From an uncultured candidate division Zixibacteria bacterium (GTDB taxonomy: Bacteria > Zixibacteria > MSB-5A5 > GN15 > FEB-12), in contig CAWDXE010000007.1 in NCBI GenBank assembly GCA_963806185.1, positions 448,001 to 512,000 of the forward strand: a stretch of 64,000 bases of DNA, in the 5' to 3' direction. Numbering within the stretch: position 1 is the first letter of the stretch; the number at the start of each line of letters is the position of its first letter. Positions 60,708 to 64,000 of this stretch are shown one piece after another. A program made the position numbers and the translations under genes. The notes below the pieces were generated by a model. That model ran no database searches, was not told the DNA's origin, and saw nothing but the letters and a program-made list of their open reading frames with translations.

Positions 60708-62342
60708 ATGGCCGCTCCGAGCTTGACGGTTCTGGTGCTGGTTGCGTTGATCCTTGTGATAGCAGCCATATGGATGTTGCAGCGCCGGGCCAACGAGCTT
60801 TGTCGTCGCACGCTCGAACAATTCCGCAGCAAGGGATGGTCGGCATTGATTGCCGAGGGGAATATCAAGGCGCGCAGTCGTCGTGCCGGGGAAGTCCTGT
60901 GCGAAATTGTGGCCGAGACCTTTCACTGTGAGCGGGTGCTGGCACTTCGCATGCGGCCGGACGGCATGGAGATGCAAGCGGCGGCCGGCGTGGTCATCGA
61001 GAAGCCGGAGACCCTGCGCTTTGTGCCCTCAGAGGGTCTGGTCGATCTACTCGGAACAGGAACATCGATCTTCGACTTGCCGACCTTGAGCAAGTATCTG
61101 CCGCCGCAGACGGTCGTGACGTTGCGCGACGCCGGGTTCCTGCATGGCTGCGGCATCTATTCCGACCGGCGGCTGGATGGCTTTTGTTTCTTCAAGGATC
61201 CATCACCATCTAAACGACGGGCCCTACGGCGGACCATCGTCGATTTAATGCCGCTGACTGCTTTCGTCTGGCAGACGGGGGACAGATTAGGGGCTGGTGA
61301 GGCGACAGAATCAGCCGATGTACCCCAGTCGAAGGAACAGTTGACGACGGCGATGTTCAAGGCAATTCGATTCCGCCACGCCGACACGCTGGTCAAGAAA
61401 CTCGTGACGATGATTCAGAAGCAGATGCAGTTGGAGCGGATGGCGTTTGTTTTTGCATCGAATTCCCAGGTGAGTGACACGCACGTCGTGGCAGAGGGCC
61501 TGCCCATGGCCTTTGAATTGCCGACCGGGTTTTCGTTTTCCCAGGCGTTTGGGCGGGTGGCCGGGCTGCGTCCGTTTGAGCCGATCGAAGCCACGGAGCG
61601 GGGAGAGGTGCCGTCGGCCATTCAACATCGACTTGAGTCATGCGGCCTGGCGCACGTGACGCCGATTCCGCTGTCGTCGCGTCGGATGGGCATCATGGCC
61701 TGGTCAGACGGCCGGAAGGTTGATGAGGTTGCAAAACACATCGAGGCGCTCTATCAACCGGTTTGCGAACTGGTGGAGAATGCGGAGGCGTTCGAAATCC
61801 TACAGGAGTTATCGTACACTGACCCGCTGACCGGGCTGGCGAACCAACGGTATTTCCAGCGTCGCTTGCGCGAGGAACTGACGCGGGCGGGGCGGTACCG
61901 ACGATCGCTGGCTTTCATACTGATCGACCTGGATGATCTCAAAGTGATCAATGACAGCCATGGGCACCAGGCCGGGGATGACGTATTGCGCCGCATGGGG
62001 GCTATTTTGAAGGATTCGGTCCGGAGTATCGATGTCGTGGTACGGTATGGCGGCGATGAGTTCGGGATTATCATGCCGGAGACTACGGAAGCCGATTGTG
62101 AGCGCTTCATGGTTCGGCTGCAGAAGGCATTTTCCACGGAACACATATTAGCTGGACCCCGGCAGGAACGAATCACGTATCAGATGTCGATGGGTGGCGC
62201 CATTTTCCCTCATCACGGGACCAAAAGCGAGCAGCTGGTTTTTGCCGCCGATATGGCGCTTCTCAAAGCCAAAGACACTGGTCGGAACACGTGGCGGCTG
62301 TTCTCACCGGAGTTGCTCAACGCCCCCGAGGCGCGGAGCTAA
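60708..62342 (+). CDS. Membrane-anchored diguanylate cyclase (GAF-like domains plus GGDEF)
   Basis: TDPLTGLAN, K.INDSHGHQAGD, RSID I-site, RYGGDEF, AD.AL..AK..GRN; GGAGG SD. Confidence 0.92.
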   Translation: MAAPSLTVLVLVALILVIAAIWMLQRRANELCRRTLEQFRSKGWSALIAEGNIKARSRRAGEVLCEIVAETFHCERVLALRMRPDGMEMQAAAGVVIEKPETLRFVPSEGLVDLLGTGTSIFDLPTLSKYLPPQTVVTLRDAGFLHGCGIYSDRRLDGFCFFKDPSPSKRRALRRTIVDLMPLTAFVWQTGDRLGAGEATESADVPQSKEQLTTAMFKAIRFRHADTLVKKLVTMIQKQMQLERMAFVFASNSQVSDTHVVAEGLPMAFELPTGFSFSQAFGRVAGLRPFEPIEATERGEVPSAIQHRLESCGLAHVTPIPLSSRRMGIMAWSDGRKVDEVAKHIEALYQPVCELVENAEAFEILQELSYTDPLTGLANQRYFQRRLREELTRAGRYRRSLAFILIDLDDLKVINDSHGHQAGDDVLRRMGAILKDSVRSIDVVVRYGGDEFGIIMPETTEADCERFMVRLQKAFSTEHILAGPRQERITYQMSMGGAIFPHHGTKSEQLVFAADMALLKAKDTGRNTWRLFSPELLNAPEARS

Positions 62343-62437
62343 GTTTTTAATCTTTACAGGGTTGCGGGGCTGAAAGTATATTTGGCCTCTTAACTGAGAT
62401 CCCAAAACTGCCGATGTCAATGACAAGGAAGCTCGAT

Positions 62438-63403
62438 ATGAAGAAGTTGGTTACCAATCTCTGGCTGGCGCTGTTTTTCCTCCTTTCGGCAGGCACGCTG
62501 TCGGTGACGGCTGAGGAGTACCAGTTCGGTCCGGAAGACATTCTTTCGGTCAGTTTCTGGCAGGATCCCAAGCTGAATGCGCAGGTGCGCGTGGCCCAGG
62601 ACGGTACAATTACGCTGGACATTATCGGATCGATCGTAGCCGCCGGCAAGACGGCCGAGGGACTGCAAGACGACATAGTCCGGGCGATGTCCAGATTGAA
62701 TACGTCCATCTCCCAGGCGGTGGTTCGCGTGGCTGTTTACAACTACAACCACGTGTATGTCACGGGTCAGGTGGGTGCCGCCGGAAAAAAGACATTTGAA
62801 CAGATTCCGGATTTGTGGACGATCATCAATGAGGCGGGCGGACCGGGACCGTTGGGCGACCTGACGCGCGTCACGATTGTTCGCGGCGGCAGCGATGCGG
62901 GCAAGGTGGAAGTGGTAAACGTGGCGGATGCAATCGCCAAGGGCCAGACCGACAAATTGCCGAAAATCCGCCGGCAGGACACGATTGAGATACCGGCGAC
63001 ACCCTCGCAGCTTCCGGCTCAGCAACTGGGTTCGTCAGCAGAGGGGTCCAAGAGCGTGATCTACGTGGTCGGGGCGGTCAATCAGCCCGGACCGAAGGCG
63101 TATGAAGAGGATATCGACTTGCTGGAGTTGCTGGCGTTGTCGGGCGGACCGGCCTCAAATGCCGATCTCGGCAAGACGAAACTGATCACCAAGGATGGTC
63201 CCTACGCACAGACGCTGAAGATTGACCTGAACAAGTATGTAAAGTCCGGTACGCCGGCGCGGTATATCGTGCGCAAGGAAGACACCTTCGTGGTGCCGCA
63301 GAAGAAGTCCGGCATTCTTGGCATAGGTCTGCCGACACTCGGTGCGACACTGGGGATTGCCACGTCGGCTGTACTTCTCATAGACAGGCTGAAGGGAAAC
63401 TGA
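62438..63403 (+). CDS. Polysaccharide export (Wza/OPX-like, Poly_export plus SLBB) protein
   Basis: 'YQFGPEDIL...V.QDGTI.L..IG.I.AAGKT'; two SLBB repeats 'VYVTGQV' and 'IYVVGAVNQPG'. Confidence 0.85.
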   Translation: MKKLVTNLWLALFFLLSAGTLSVTAEEYQFGPEDILSVSFWQDPKLNAQVRVAQDGTITLDIIGSIVAAGKTAEGLQDDIVRAMSRLNTSISQAVVRVAVYNYNHVYVTGQVGAAGKKTFEQIPDLWTIINEAGGPGPLGDLTRVTIVRGGSDAGKVEVVNVADAIAKGQTDKLPKIRRQDTIEIPATPSQLPAQQLGSSAEGSKSVIYVVGAVNQPGPKAYEEDIDLLELLALSGGPASNADLGKTKLITKDGPYAQTLKIDLNKYVKSGTPARYIVRKEDTFVVPQKKSGILGIGLPTLGATLGIATSAVLLIDRLKGN

Positions 63404-63456
63404 ATCAGTTCCGCGGCCCCGGATGGCCGCGTGAAATCAGGTCAGGAGTAAACGAG

Positions 63457-64000
63457 GTGGAATCGTATAAGCTGTCAAGCAAGCTGCGCGAGAGAGATCG
63501 CGAGTATGTCATCCAGACGGTCAACGACACCCATGCGGCCGCGGTTGCGACCACGGTGTATGTGAATGGGGTCGAGGCTGAGATCACTCGTTTTCCTCAC
63601 CCCACGGAAGTATCGCCGCAGGAGGTGCTGTCGCTGGTGCGCCTGACGCATGACGAGAAGAAGAAAGAGATCGAGACGCTGCTTCAGACCTATCAGCGGA
63701 TCGCCGAGACGGGTGACGCCAACATGTTGTATCACCTGGGAACGGCGTTTTTCTACAAGGGGTTTTACATTGAGGCGCGCGACCTGTTTGTGACGACCCT
63801 GCGAGCCAGTGCCGACCATCATCAGGCGGTCTATCATCTGGGGCAGGCTGAGTTGGCCCTGGGGCAGATCGAGGCGGCGATCGAGAGTGCCTCGCGGGCG
63901 GTCAACATGCGGCCGATGTACGCCGATTATCGGAATTTTCTCGGCGAGGCGCTGCTCGCGAACAATTCGACCAAACGAGCGATTATTGAGTTGGAGCAGG
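63457..64000 (+). CDS. TPR-repeat protein, 3' truncated by the window edge
   Basis: AGGAG SD, GTG start, frame open to the window end (MESYKLSSK...YHLGTAFFYKG...YHLGQAELALG...YADYRNFLGEAL); absent from the ORF track because it has no stop. Confidence 0.8.
   Translation, partial: MESYKLSSKLRERDREYVIQTVNDTHAAAVATTVYVNGVEAEITRFPHPTEVSPQEVLSLVRLTHDEKKKEIETLLQTYQRIAETGDANMLYHLGTAFFYKGFYIEARDLFVTTLRASADHHQAVYHLGQAELALGQIEAAIESASRAVNMRPMYADYRNFLGEALLANNSTKRAIIELEQ

Noticed and set aside
1..64000. tRNA, rRNA, prophage, IS or integron
   Set aside because: No cloverleaf or rRNA-like segment, and no integrase, transposase or phage structural gene recognised by eye.

Overview
High-GC bacterial chromosomal window. 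All genes but one are on the + strand. The dockerin-tagged secretome, the PorV-like barrel and the FlgD/T9SS-like C-terminal domains suggest an FCB-group lineage, most likely Zixibacteria (inference, not checked). Housekeeping blocks are purS-purQ-DUF4321-tatA; acyl-CoA ligase-yjbQ-mtnA-SprT; rplM-rpsI-rpsB-tsf-pyrH-frr; miaB; aroC; and ymdB-folD. Interleaved with them are: (i) a type IV pilus locus (FimT-like pilin, pilMNO, an AMIN-long linker-PilP fusion, AMIN-less pilQ, Ig-like lipoprotein); (ii) four secreted dockerin proteins, two of them proteases and two also carrying cohesin-like domains; (iii) a Zn-ribbon microprotein plus a Hel308/Ski2-like helicase with a wHTH tail, behind a palindrome-containing promoter; (iv) a Lon paralogue with degenerate ATPase motifs but an intact Ser-Lys dyad; (v) a pseudo-kinase/HDOD pair; (vi) tandem CTD-bearing secreted paralogues; (vii) a putative sigma54-driven cluster: secreted CTD protein, PorV-TPR, RsbW-HAMP-SpoIIE, STAS-wHTH, GGDEF. 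Intergenic gaps around accessory genes are packed with GTAG- and CGTC/TGTC-tagged REP-like palindromes. About a dozen single-base indels split seven genes and are probably assembly errors. No rRNA, tRNA, CRISPR array, integrase or transposase was recognised. All domain calls are by eye from motifs.
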